A stretch of DNA of 64,000 nucleotides from contig OX597816.1 in NCBI GenBank assembly GCA_951406725.2, forward strand, positions 67,890,001 through 67,954,000. The letters are read 5' to 3'. How positions within the stretch are numbered: the first letter of the stretch is position 1; every line of letters starts with the position of its first letter. The notes beneath the pieces are model-generated. The model was not told the DNA's origin. It searched no databases and saw only the letters and a program-made list of their open reading frames with translations. The position numbers and the translations under genes are program-made. The DNA is from Octopus vulgaris (taxonomy: Eukaryota). This document shows, piece by piece, positions 14,271 to 27,200 of this stretch.

Positions 14271-15627
14271 ATAATGTCCCTGTAGCTGCAAGGAGGCAGT
14301 ACACCTTCTTAGCCTATCCACAGATGACCAAGCTGTGACAACTAAAGGGAGAGAAATCTGTACCAACACTCAGTTGATATTCATTTCAGCTGGGTTGGCT
14401 GAAGCCATATGAAATGAAGTGTTAGCTCCAAGTCACAATGTTGTTGACCAGTCCAGGAAAAGAGTTCATGATCGCATGGTCTTGAGCTCAATATTCTAAA
14501 CACTAGGTCACATGTCCTCACAACAACAACAATTAAAATATAAAAATAGAAGTAGATAATACCCCAAAAATGGTATGGTTTTACAACGGTAGACAATAGT
14601 GCTTTTATAAAATTGACATATAGCACTGAGTTTTGACACCCTTATCATCATCATCATCATCATCGTTTAACGTCAGCTTTCCATGCTAGCATGGGTTGGA
14701 CGAATGACTGAGGACTGGCGAACCAGATGGCTGCACCAGGTTCCAATCTGATCTGGCAGAGTTTCTACAGTTGGATGCCCTTCCTAATGCCAACCACTCT
14801 GAGAGTGTAGTGGGTGCTTTTACGTGCCACCAGCATGGGGCCAATCAGGCAGTACTGGCAACGACCTTGCTCGAATCTTTTTACACATGCCACTGGCACA
14901 GGTGCCAGTAAGGCGACGTTGGTAACGATCAAGCTTGAATGGTGTCTTTTACGTGCCACCGGCATGGAGGCCAGATAGCCGCTCTGGCAACGATCACACT
15001 CGGATGGTAATCTTAATACCCTACTAGCACTCGGCTCGAGTGCCAGTAAGGTAATGCTGGCAACGATCATGCTCGAATGGTGCCTTTTAAATGCCACTGG
15101 CACTGAAGCCGGTTAGCCGCTCTGTCAATGATCACACTCGTATGGTGCTCTTTGCACCCTGCTAGCAATTGATACTATGATAATATAGTGTAAAAGACAA
15201 CTATTTTTAATCCTTAAAAATTTAATAAATACTTTACTCAACAGAGACTGAAAAGAGTAAGTTTACTCAAATAAATTCATGGCTGTACTTCATTCCATCC
15301 ATGAATTAAAACTTTATTGCTACAGTTATTTTGTTACTGTGCTATAATATGTCAGCTGACTGGGAACATCAGTGTTGTACTGTAAAGCATACAGCACTGA
15401 TGCTTTCAGTCAACTTGGCTGACAACAGGTTCTATACATACTTTATAGTTGAGAAGTTGGTGAAAAAGAGCAACATCTAACTGTAAAAACAACATAAATA
15501 TATATTTTTTAACTACCCACAAGGGGCTAAATTTAACAGGCATGGTAACAATATCAACACTGAACCCTAAACACCTCACACTCTTCTACAAGTGATCTTT
15601 CACAATAAAAAAAAAAATTCTCCTTAC

Positions 15628-15681
15628 CTTAGAGAACAAAGCAACTTTATCTTGGTTGATGGAACGACAGGCAGATCCATA
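15628..15681 (-). CDS. MED12: MED12 coding exon 3 (YGSACRSINQDKVALFSK)
   Basis: Poly-T tract plus CCAG acceptor, AAG|GTAAGG donor, 54 nt, phase 0/0; YGSA corresponds to HGSA in human. Confidence 0.88.
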
Positions 15682-16743
15682 CTGGAAAAAAAAAAAAGAA
15701 GATATTTATTAGGTATTAACAAATCCATCACACAACTAAAACCGTTATAAAAATTTTTACAAATGTGAGTTCTCACAATCAACTATCTCTCATAATCTCT
15801 GTGGGTAACCACATATCTAAAACATAGCCAAAACTAGGTTTCTCTTCAGGGCCAGAAATTACTTTGGAGTTCAATACTGCTTGCCTATCTCAGACCTCAT
15901 CCAAAAACTGCCACCTGATTGACTGGAAAGCCGTCAACTACAAACACTACAACTACTATTTCCATAGATGTCTTGTGGTCTCTCCTCCTCCTGATGAAAG
16001 TTAATGCAGATGAAAATCGATATGAATGATGGAGACTGGAAGAAATGACTATGATTTATGTAGGTGATAAAGATTGATACTGTTGATGATTGGTACCAAT
16101 GATTACGATTAATACAGATGATGGAGGTTAAAACAAATTACTACCACTACTGCTACTACTACTACTACTACTGCTGCTGTTGGTGCTGCTGCAAGTACTG
16201 CTACACACACTGCAGCTGTTTTTGTTACTATTGTTGTTGTTGTTGATGGTGGTGGTGATGATGATGATGATGATGAGGAGGACAATGATACTTCAACCAT
16301 TACCATGACAACCACCACCACAACAGTACAGCAATAACTACCACTACTTCTGCAACTAATGTAGCTACTACTACTACTACTACTGTTGTTGTTGTTGTTC
16401 CAGTTCTTGTGAACTTTAAAAACTGTATCCCCAACTATACTACGTCAGACCAAATTTCACCCAGTCCTTTCCTATTATAATCAAGTTGTCTGGAACTACA
16501 TTCCTGCCCAACATGACTGCAACATTTATTAACCTGCAGAAAGTCAAGATTTTTTTTTGTAGAGAAGGCCTACACTAAAATACTGGAGCCCCTCACCTCA
16601 TGTGTCTGTGTAGTTTTATTATCAATAATTAGCAGAAGATACAGTGACTCAAGGGCCAAGAGTTCTGTGCATGGATAAGCGTTAATCCATGAAACTCTTA
16701 GCCCTTGAGACACTCTGTAACTTCTACTGATCATTAATAATTA

Positions 16744-16777
<34 letters not shown>

Positions 16778-17516
16778 GAAAAAGGAAACAATTTTTTACA
16801 AATTACATTGAAAGCTATACACGAGTATTATTATAGTAGATAGATATCAAAATTTTCATCACACTGGAACAATGTCAGTGACCAAGTCTCAGAGTGCAAT
16901 GAAAATTATGACACCAAGTAATATCTGATTAAGTTGAAGCTAACAGTTTGTGTGCTTTTGAATAACTACAAGGAGTCTTCCATTGTAATTGCTTAAATTT
17001 CAACACACAGTTTCAGATCCAATCAACTGCCAGGCAAACCAAAAACTAAGCAATGTATTACATAAAGAATATCTTTTACTCTTTTACTTGTTTCAGTCAT
17101 TTGACTGTGGCCATGCTAGAGCACCGCCTTTAGTTGAGCAAATCGACCCCAGGACTTATTCTTTGTAAGCCTAGTACTTATTCTATCGGTCTCTTTTGCT
17201 GAACCGCTAAGTTATGGGGACGTAAACACACCAGCATCGGTTGTCAAGCACAGACACACAAACATATACACATACACATGCATACATACATACATATACA
17301 TATATACGACGGGCTTCTTGCAGTTTCCATCTACCAAATCCACTCACAAGGCTTTGGCTGGCCCGAGACTATAGTAGAAGACACTTGTCCAAGGTGCCAC
17401 CCAGTGGGACTGAACCTGGAATCATGTGGTTAGTAAGCAAGCTACTTACCACACAGCCACTCCTATGCCTATATGGTGAAGACTGGATTAAATTGAGAAT
17501 TACAGATCATTTAAAG

Positions 17517-17755
17517 CAGTGGTGCTCAACTAGGGTCCATATCAGATTTTGTTGTTAAAATTTATATGCAATACATTGGTTATAATTCTACAATACACAA
17601 ATCATTTCAACAATATTTTTTTTATACAATTTCTAATAATATATAATTATAAAAATATAATTGGATTTTTTCAAACATTGAATGGCTAGGAGGGTCCATC
17701 TGAATAAAATGGGAATGAAAGGGGTCCATAGATAAAAAATGGTTGGGAAACACTG
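17517..17755. mobile_element. hAT (Charlie-like) MITE
   Basis: CAGTGGTGCTCAAC...GTTGGGAAACACTG; near-TSD ATTTAAAG / ATTGAAAG. Confidence 0.7.
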
Positions 17756-17777
17756 ATTGAAAGCAAACAAATGTTAC

Positions 17778-17840
17778 CTCATCTGTGATCGTACAGTTAT
17801 TGTTGAAACCATGTTTGACATTGAGTGTTGACAATTCATC
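17778..17840 (-). CDS. MED12: MED12 coding exon 2 (DELSTLNVKHGFNNNCTITDE)
   Basis: TTTTTCAG acceptor, GAG|GTAACA donor, 63 nt; matches DELTALNVKQGFNN of vertebrate MED12. Confidence 0.95.
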
Positions 17841-18311
17841 CTGAAAAATAAAGAAATTATTATAATTAACAATAAATCAGAATAAAATTATTGGCACATA
17901 AAAACACCATCCGAGCGTGGCCGTCTGCCAGCCTCGTCTGGCACCTGCCAGCCTCATCTGGCACCTGTGTCGGTGGCACATAAAAACACCATCCGAGCGT
18001 GGCCGTCTGCCAGCCTCGTCTGGCACCTGTGTCGGTGGCACATAAAAACACCATCCGAGCGTGGCCGTTCGCCAGCCTCGTCTGGCACCTGTGTCGGTGG
18101 CACATAAAATCACCCACTACACTCTCGGAGTGGTTGGCGTTAGGAAGGGCATCCAGCTGTAGAAACACTGCCAGATCTGACTGGCCTGGTGCAGCCTTCG
18201 GGCTCCCCAGACCCCAGTTGAACCGTCCAACCCATGCTAGCATGGAAAACGGACGCTAAATGATGATGATGATGATGATGACAGACATTTGTCCTCATCT
18301 TGTTTGTTGTT

Positions 18312-18354
18312 AACACATTTCGGCCGATATACCCTCCAGCCTTCGTCAGGTGTC
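18312..18354 (-). ncRNA. Degenerate minimal hammerhead-like motif
   Basis: Minus strand GACAC-CTGACGA-A-GGCTG-loop-CGGCC-GAAA-T-GTGTT; stem III and the cleavage triplet appear deleted. Confidence 0.45.
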
Positions 18355-19669
18355 TTGGGGAAATTTCGAACCTGGGTTCTCATTCCTAAGGTATTTTTTT
18401 CAATGTTGTTGTTGTTGTTATTATTATCATTCAGGTCACTGTCTGGAATTGAACTTGGAATCTTGGGGTTAGTATACCACAGTAGAATTATCATTGATCT
18501 GTAATAACTTTGCTTTTTAGAAAATAAAAGTAGTGTTAGATAAATTTGGGGGTACTGATTCCAAATATAACATCAACTTCTGTCTGACATGTTAATTTTA
18601 ATTGCTAAGCACCAAATGCCAGAAAAGTGAAATCACTCATTTCTAGCATTTTAGAAAAATCACCAATAACAGTAATTCTTTCTTTCAAACCATTCTACTA
18701 TTTTAAAATTGAAATAGTATCTACAACTCATTTTTAAGATGACAGACAAGTTAATTTCTTATGAAGATTAGAGGCCAAACTGGTCTAATAATTAAGACAG
18801 GTACCTAAACCAGTGTAAGAAAATATTTTCTAGATTAACTCCATGGCCAGATGTGTTTCTTATGGAAGGTTGGTAATGAACAGCCTCACTTGTATGACAA
18901 TGGTGCTCATTTACAACCATCACATGATGACAAGACAGAGTATCTTGTATAACTGACAATTACTATTAGCTGAGAAAGGCTGTAAAGCAAATGCACTTCT
19001 TATGAAGACTTGGAAATGAGATGGTCCAGTTGGTACATTTAAAAGAAAGTTATGAAGCCACTGTATGGAAAAAAGCACAGATACTACTAATACAATTAAA
19101 TGTGGAGATTTGAAAGTGAATGGCATTCTGCTTGGCCAACAAAATAGTTACATGAAATTTATCTTTTTGCGTTTTAAGGGACAATTAAGCTAAAAGAAAT
19201 CATTGAAAAACAAATGAGTATGGAGATGAGATTTTGGTGATGCAAAGCAAAATATTAAGAACATCTCCCTATCCCACAACTAAAACCAAGTAATGTCTTG
19301 TTCCAAGAGTCTCATATATCAAACTAGATCTAATGAAGCAACTGATTGAAAGTATTAGATAAAGTAGATGACTCTTTCGAATATTTGTGTGGAAAACATC
19401 TGGCACTAAGTCAAGAGAAATATTGAAGTTTATCTTTGATAGGTTAAAGCTCAAAAACATTAAAAAAAGATGAGCTATTTATGAGTTTATTTAAACCTGT
19501 TGGGAAAATGTCTTGGTAGCTTCACTGATACTGTGAAAAACTTTTTGCTCTGACCAACAATAAATCTGAAAACTACAGAGTTCAGGAATGTAATATGAAG
19601 ATTAAAATAGTCTTTTTCCTTTCCCAACAGCCATTTAGATTTCTTCTTTACCAATTTAGGGGTTGTTAA

Positions 19670-19881
19670 CCCTTTTGACACCAACCTCCCTCAGACCACC
19701 TCTGGCTCTGTAGTACAAGCATCTTGTTTTCAAAAGTCCTAAATTAAAATCTTCCATGTTAATTATATCATCCAAACACCAATTAATAATGACAAAAGTT
19801 ATTTTACTAAATTCTTCATTATTTTCACAATAAATTGAATTCAAGAGAGAGCATTTCAACAAAAATATGGTAACAAAATGG
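19670..19881. mobile_element. piggyBac-type MITE copy
   Basis: TTAA flanks; interior similar to 14020-14239. Confidence 0.72.
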
Positions 19882-20789
19882 TTAATAAAGAGCAAACAAA
19901 GTGTTCCACCAAGACACAAAAATTATGGTGAAAAAAAAATTTTAAATGGTGGAATACAAATATAATGGCAACGTATTGTAATCATGTGAGATAATTCAAG
20001 AAGAACGAGTTACTTCCAATACTTGCCAAATCTTGTTTTCATGTTTATTCTATATCTTCAGAAATTGAATTAACAGAAAATTAATGGAATTTGTATATGG
20101 GTGATACATTTCTTCCTTCAATCTAGTTCCTTTTAGTATTATGTATGTCATCTTAGTGATATTTGATGTGGCTGGTTAATGCTAAAGTAACTACATGTGC
20201 TATTTTTTAATGCATTTTTACAACATTTGTCCAATTCTCATAAATATAAGCCTAATGTAGCACCTAAGTAAAAGTGAAAAAGATTAGCTCTTGACTACAA
20301 TCTAGCTCACCTACTACATAACTGCTACTTCTGTTTTACTAATATTTGCATATAGGGGCTATTGTGAAGAGCAGAGAATGTTTTACCAAGACACAAAAAG
20401 TGCAGAAAAAGATAAAGGGCCACTCAAATGGTTAGCATAAAGTCAATCATAGACATGCTCTCACATCTGGTCTACAGGCATGCAGTTTCCTCTCTCTGAA
20501 TATCAAATGTTAGCAGAAGTAAAAATAACAAAGTTCTCACCACTGACAATAGAGGCTGGAAAGATGCTCATCATTATTATTTTGATATTCACTTTTCTAA
20601 GCTTATATGAATCAGACAGAATTTGTTCAGAGATTTTCTCATGGCTGGATACCCTTCTTGTTGCTGATCTTCACTTGTTTCCATCCAAGATATTTCTCCA
20701 AGACATTTTGCAGAAGATTGGCAATGAATGATACTGCTTGTATTGCAGTGACATTCATTTACAACCATCATGCAATGCCAAGACAAGGA

Positions 20790-20825
<36 letters not shown>

Positions 20826-21139
20826 CTTTCAACCAAATTCACTCACAAGGAAGGAATTGGTCAGCCTAGAGCTTATAGAAGAAGACACTTGCCCAAGGTT
20901 TCACACAATGGGACAGAAACCAAAACTGTGGAGTTGGGATGAAAACTTCTTAAACTACACAGCTATGCCTACACCTAAAAATGATAAAGATGACAAACCA
21001 ATGCCCAACAAAACCCAACCCTATATTATACGAGAATCCCTTGATACTGTTACTTTCTGCATTGACTTGTGAACAGAAACAGATGTTAAGCAATATTATC
21101 TATATCTTAGAGCCTAAAGGGAGGTTATTATCAAGAATC

Positions 21140-21435
21140 ATCGTCATCATTGTTAGACAATGGAATTTACTGTGTTACGCCAGGCTTCGTGGTCCATCAT
21201 AGCATTACGGAGGTCCTGTTGCTGGATGCTTGTATCCCTGGAGATTACATCAGGGTAGGAGTGTGTGCGCCCTTTGGTATCGCAAGCAGATGGTTTCCAG
21301 AGAAGAGTAGAAATTACCTCGTTTTCAGCTCTACAACAATGTCCAGCAAACTGGACTCTTCTACCTTTCACAAGAGATGATACAGGTGGTAATTCCCCAT
21401 ATATTTGTACTTTGGTTGGATGACGCTTCCACAAG
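21140..21435 (-). mobile_element. RTE-group LINE 3' fragment
   Basis: YGELPPVSSLVKGRRVQFAGHCCRAENE...LLWKP...AMMDHEAWR, a typical RTE/RTE-X C-terminus. Confidence 0.78.
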
Positions 21436-22504
21436 AGATTTTGATCAAGAATGAGCATTAGCAAGTAACTGAAAGTCAACTTCTTCTTCAGGCCAATTCA
21501 TTTCAATCTTGCAGTAGCAGTTAAACTAGTAGATGGTGTCAATGACCCATCAGCTATTGACTCAGTTACTGCTCATCCACCTCAAATTTCTACAAGAGGG
21601 ACTTCACCCTTTGCTATTCAGACTACCCTATCAAATGTAATATTTATTTATTCATATTTTATAAAATTAATTCTGTATAATCTTGCAGCTTTGATATTTC
21701 AAAGATATGTTTATTTTCAGAATGACATTGCCGGGTAGGTGTGAGAGGCCTGACCTGGTCAGTTTTACCATAAAACAGGTAGAATATTTGGGCCAGACAT
21801 GGCTAGTTTAAATGCTAAAAGGTTAAGAACCAGTGAAGTATCATAGCTCTTCTTACTCATAATGATATATATATATATCCATGATGATAATATTAAAACT
21901 AATGTCTAACATAAATACGAGACTGCAAATTTAGGTTCAGATTAGTTAATTAACTCACTCTATCCCATACACCTACTTGATGAGTACCCGAGTACCTTAT
22001 TTTATCAAACCCGGAAGGATGAAAAGCAAAGCTGGCCCTAACAGAATCTCAGCTCAGAAAGGAAAGAGCCAAAACAAATATCACAAAGCATTTTGTTTGT
22101 TATTCTAAACGTTCTACCAAACCATCATTCCAATAATAATTCATTCTTATTTTGGCACAAGGCTAGCAATTTTGAGGGAAGTCAATGAAATCGAACCCAG
22201 TGTTCAACTGGTACGTATTTTATTAACTCCTAAAAGGATGAAAGACAAAACCAACCTCAGCAGGGTTTGAACTCAGACATCAAGAACAGGAAAAATACAG
22301 TTAAGCATTTTATTTAATGATCTAACAATTCTACTTTAATAATCATTTCTACTGGAAGCACAAGGCTTCAAATTTGGTGGGGCGGGGACTAGTCGATTAC
22401 ATTGACCCCAGTGTTTCAGTGTTATTTAATTTATCGACCCCAAAACGATGAAATGCAAAGTCGAGCTTTCATTTGAAGCCCATCACTTTAATAATAATAA
22501 TAAT

Positions 22505-22965
22505 AATAAAGTGTGTTTATTAATTGACATGAGTATTCCTTGCGATCACCATATAGCGGAGAAAGAATTTGACAAGATCAGTAAATATAAAGACTTGCTA
22601 ATAGAAATTGAAAAAATGTGGCATCTCAAGGTGACTACAGTACCAGTGATTGTAGGATCTCTAGGAATGATAGAAAAAGGTACTGAAACCTATTTGAAAA
22701 TGATACCAGGCTTACCATCCCTACAGGAAGTGCAAAAAATTGTGTTAACTGGAACGAATCATGTACTGAGAAGTACATTATCACTGTGAAAACAACATCC
22801 ATTCATGAATTTATTTATTTATTGATTTTTTTTAAATACATATATTTTACCTGTGAATTTGCATGTGTAATCTGGGAATGCATTCAATGAGATTCTCTGC
22901 CCTGGGTGTATGGAAAACACTCGGCGAGAAATGGAAGAAAATTTGAAGAAAGAAGGAAAATAAAA
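22505..22965 (+). mobile_element. R4/Dong-like non-LTR element, restriction-like endonuclease C-terminus, next to (TAA)n
   Basis: CLLIDMSIPCD...KEFDKISKYKDL..EIEKMW...VPVIVGSLG...QKIVL.GT.HVLR; preceded by a (TAA)n run. Confidence 0.8.
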
Positions 22966-23840
22966 TAATACAAATTTTGGTATAAAGCCAGTAACTTTAG
23001 GAGAGAAGGCTAAGTTGATTACATCAACCCAAGTGTTTAACTGATACTTGTTTCATTGGCCCTGAAAGGATGAAAGGCTAAGTTGGCCCCGGTGGTGTTT
23101 AAACTCAGCATATAAAGATGGGTAAAGTGCCATAAGCATTCTGCCAGGCATGATGGATTCTCCTCTCAAAGACAACATATGAGCGTTCAGCGAAAGCTGA
23201 ATGACCTGCACAAATGATTTGTTCAGAGTGATCAAGGGTTTGTGCCATACATTAGCCCACTCTCATCAAATAGATGTTGCCTGAACAGGTGCACTGAGTG
23301 CCACACGTTAGGTGCTGACGTGATTACAGAGTGACGCAAGACGAAGCGTTTTGCTCAAGAACATAATGCACCACTCAGTCTAGGAATTGAAACCACGATC
23401 TCTTGATCATGAGTACAACACCCTAACTACTTGGCCATGTACCTTCGCATAATAATAATAATTTCAAATTTTGACATATGGCCAACAACTTTTAGGGAGA
23501 GTGGGTTAGTTGATCACAACCCCAGTAGTTGACTGGTACTTTATTTTATTGATTCTGAAAGTTAATCTCAGTGGGATTTGAGTTCAGACCGTAAAGCACC
23601 AGAGAAAATGCCACTAATAATTTGTTCAATATGCTAATGATTATATCAGGTCATTGCCTTAATAATAATGATAATAAAGGTGTCAAATTTTGGCACAAGG
23701 CCAGCAATTTTGGGAGGAGGGAGACAGTTGATTATCCCAACCCCAATGCTCAACATAAAGAGCTGGAAGAAATTCCACAAAGCAATTTGCCCAATGCACT
23801 AAGGATTCCACCAGCTTGCCACCTTAATAATAACAAGAAT

Positions 23841-24298
23841 ATTGGGTTGGTGCATAATTATTGCAGCATTTTTTTCAATAAATTTTATACAACAACAACA
23901 ATGACATGTAACAAAAACATCTTTAAATGATTATTCCGGAGCATATTCACCATCTACTTCAATTACTGCTTCCCATTTGCTTGGCAGACGGTCGTTTAAC
24001 CCTTTTGTTACTGTGTTTATTTTGAGATGCTCTGTGTTTCTTTAAATTAATTTTAAATATAACAAAGAATTTAGTAAAATAACTTAGTTATCATTAAGCT
24101 AGTGTTAGGAACATAAATTGTGAGTAAGGTTTTAATGCAAAACTTATGAAAACAAGACATTTGTACTCAGAACCAGAGCCGGTTTCAGCCAGGTTGGTAA
24201 TGAAAGGGTTAAAGATGTTTTTGTTAAATATTGTTATTGTTTTTGTTGGATAAAATTTGTTGAAAAAAAGAGCCACAATAATTATGCACCAACCCTAT
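23841..24298. mobile_element. Mariner-derived MITE hosting a piggyBac-type MITE
   Basis: TIR GGGTTGGTGCATAATTATTG / CAATAATTATGCACCAACCC; interior contains a transposase C-terminal remnant. Confidence 0.75.
24000..24208. mobile_element. piggyBac-type MITE (TTAA TSD, CCCTTT...AAAGGG)
   Basis: TTAA on both sides; related copies at 3707-3928, 14020-14239 and 19670-19881, degraded at about 2760-2960 and 570-770. Confidence 0.82.
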
Positions 24299-27200
24299 AC
24301 TATGAAGCTGCACTTGTTAGCTTTACAAACTCCATAGGAACTTGATGACTTTTTTAGCCTAAGTAATTTCTATTTTTTATACCTCTTCATCACTTGCCAG
24401 TCTTATGCTAGACATGTTTTATATAAGTGCAGCTTTGTTTTTCAATAGATATAGACACATAGATATATACAGACACGCACACACACACATATACCTAGCA
24501 TACAAATACAAGATGTTGAATGAGGAAGCAATGACTATATTTGATGGTATATAAGATGTATTTTTCCCCCCACAAAAATGTCTGAAACAATTTACCCTGG
24601 GTCCTATATTTAAAGTTGGTCAATATTATGTGTTTTACAGCATTAAAAACATTTTTTCCTAAATATGCACTGCTGAAACAGGGGTGCATCTAATGTACCC
24701 TTACATCTTTCATGCCATTAATACAGCAAATAAAAAGAATCAACAAATTTTGGAAAGATTACCAAAATAAAACGCTATGCTTCTTTTATAATTCCACTGA
24801 CATTTAGAATGTTTTATAGATATATATTGAGTGTTAGTGCACAACTTTTATCAGCTACTTAATTTTAACTCCTAAGTCGCCCAGTGGTTTTGTGAAGAAT
24901 TAAATTCAGTTCTAAGTTGAGGGTTCATAAGCTATAGACAGTGTGTTCTAGTGACATGATACAATTAGTTGAATGTTTGCCAAAACTGTGATCGCACCTT
25001 ATACTAATTATTGGTTTGATCTGGAGAAAGGGACAGAGCTTATGGCCTTCATAAACTTGTCACCATCATTTCAATGTGCACTTTTCCATGCTTGCATGGG
25101 TTGGATGGAGCTTATATGGTTAGATACCCTTCCTCTCACTCACCCTTACCAGTTTCCAAGGTAATATTTCCTCATAAACAGAAATTTTTTTGTAGAATAT
25201 TGAAGATGAATTGCCTTCATTTACAACACTCACACAATGTCAAGACAAGGAGAAATAAACATACATACATAAATACACAAAGGGCTTCTTTCAGTTTCCC
25301 TCTACCAAAGGCTTTGGTCAACACAGAGTTATAGAAGAAGACATTTGCCTGAGATACCAAGGAGTGGGACTGAACCCAAAACCCTACTGTTGCAAAGCGA
25401 ACTTCTTAACCACTCAACTGTGCCTGCATCTATGAGACTGGTGATAGCAATAATTGCCAAAAAATGAATATAAAGTTTAGATAGTTACAAGGTGCCAAAC
25501 TGGTTGAATTGTTAAAGTATTGGTATTGTTAAGGTACGTGGTTGATGCCAGCACCACCTTGACTGGCTTCTGTGCTGGTGGCATGTAAAAAGCACCAACC
25601 AATCGTGGCCGTTGCCTGCCCCCACTGGCACCTGTGCCGGTGGCATGTAAAGAGCACCCACTACACTCACGGAGTGGTTGGCGTTAGGAAGGGCATCCAG
25701 CTGTAGAAATACTACCATATCAAACTGGAGACTGATGCAGCCTCCTGGCTTCCCAGACCCCGGTCGAACTGTCCAACCCATGCTAGCATGGAAAACAGAT
25801 GTTAAATGATGATGATGATGATTGGATACACATGTCACAGTATTTGTTCTAACTCTCTGCACCCTGAGTTCAAATCCCACTGAGGCCAAAGTAACCTTTT
25901 CCCCTTTCAGAGCTGCTAAAAATAGTACAAACCCAGAGTGATAAATTTGGCAAAGCTATTAGAGGTCCATGCAAGATGTTTTGTAGTATCTGTTTCTGGC
26001 TCTTTGCATTCTGAATTCTGACAACAATGCCTGCAATGATTACCAAGCTGTATTGGCTTCAGACAACAGCCTGGAGAGGGAAAATCTGCATGCTTGGGCA
26101 ATTCCAAGTAAACCTCAAAAAAAGCTTGCATAGGCTCGTGCATACATGTGCTGATGTATGGTCAACATTGATTGATAGAGGCCCCATTGAGGGATATTTC
26201 TAATTGGGTTATATCAATCAATCGGCAGACTTCATCATCGTTTTAACATCCACTCTTATATACATTCATGGATCAGACAAAGTTTACTGTAGCAAATTTT
26301 CCATAACCAGATGCCCTTCCTGTTGCCAACCCTGAACTGTTTCAAAGCATGGCCAGACATGTCTAGGCAGAATACACTCAAGGAGAGGTTGGCATTAAGA
26401 AGGGCATTCAGCTGTAGAAACTCTGCCAGATCAGATTGGAGCCTGGTGCGGCCATCTGGTTTGCCAGTCCTCAGTCAAATTGTCCAACCCATGCTTGCAT
26501 GGAAAGTGAACGTTAAACGATGAAGATGATTGAAAATGAATAACATTGTGATGTCACAAGGACACGGACACACCTATATATATGGGTTTCTTTCAGTTTC
26601 CAGCAACCAAATCTATTCACAAGGCTTTACTAGAAAACACTTGCCTAAGGTGCCGTACAGTGGTTGAGAAGCAAATTTCTTAACTATAGTCATGCCTGCA
26701 CCATACCTTTTATTTATATTGAAAACCTGACGGCAAAAACGTCAACAAAGAACTGCTGTTAACTATTTACCGAGGAAACTTCTACAGGGTCACTTGACCT
26801 GCTAGAAATAGCTGCAAAATTTCTCTTAAGTCACACATCACCATTTTACAAAGGAAAAGAAATATTGTACATGTACATTGTATTGTACATTGATCATAAG
26901 TCTGACCTAGACTGGACTAAGCAACAGTTGTTTTGTTTAGTTTCAGTGTCAACCCTAAATGCATTGACATGGTCTAAGATAGTCCAAGATAGATATATAA
27001 AAATTCGTTGATTGGCATCTGTGCTAGTGGAGTGCTAAGAGCACCATTCGAGCGTGATCGCTACCAGCGTCGCCTTACTGGCACTTGTGCCGGTGGCAAG
27101 TGTAAAAACATTCGAGCGAGGTCGTTGCAGTGCCGCTGGACTGGCTCCTGTGCAGGTGGCACGTAAAAAACACCATTTGAGCGTGGCCGTTGCCAATACC

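Noticed and set aside
17802-17816. MED12 KHGF instead of human KQGF at the tumour hotspot region
   Set aside because: To my recollection His at this position also occurs in other invertebrate MED12 proteins, so it is probably ancestral variation and not a novelty.
17893-18110. Regularly spaced ~62-bp repeats resembling a CRISPR array
   Set aside because: No unique spacers, eukaryotic context, and it lies inside a dispersed retro-repeat.
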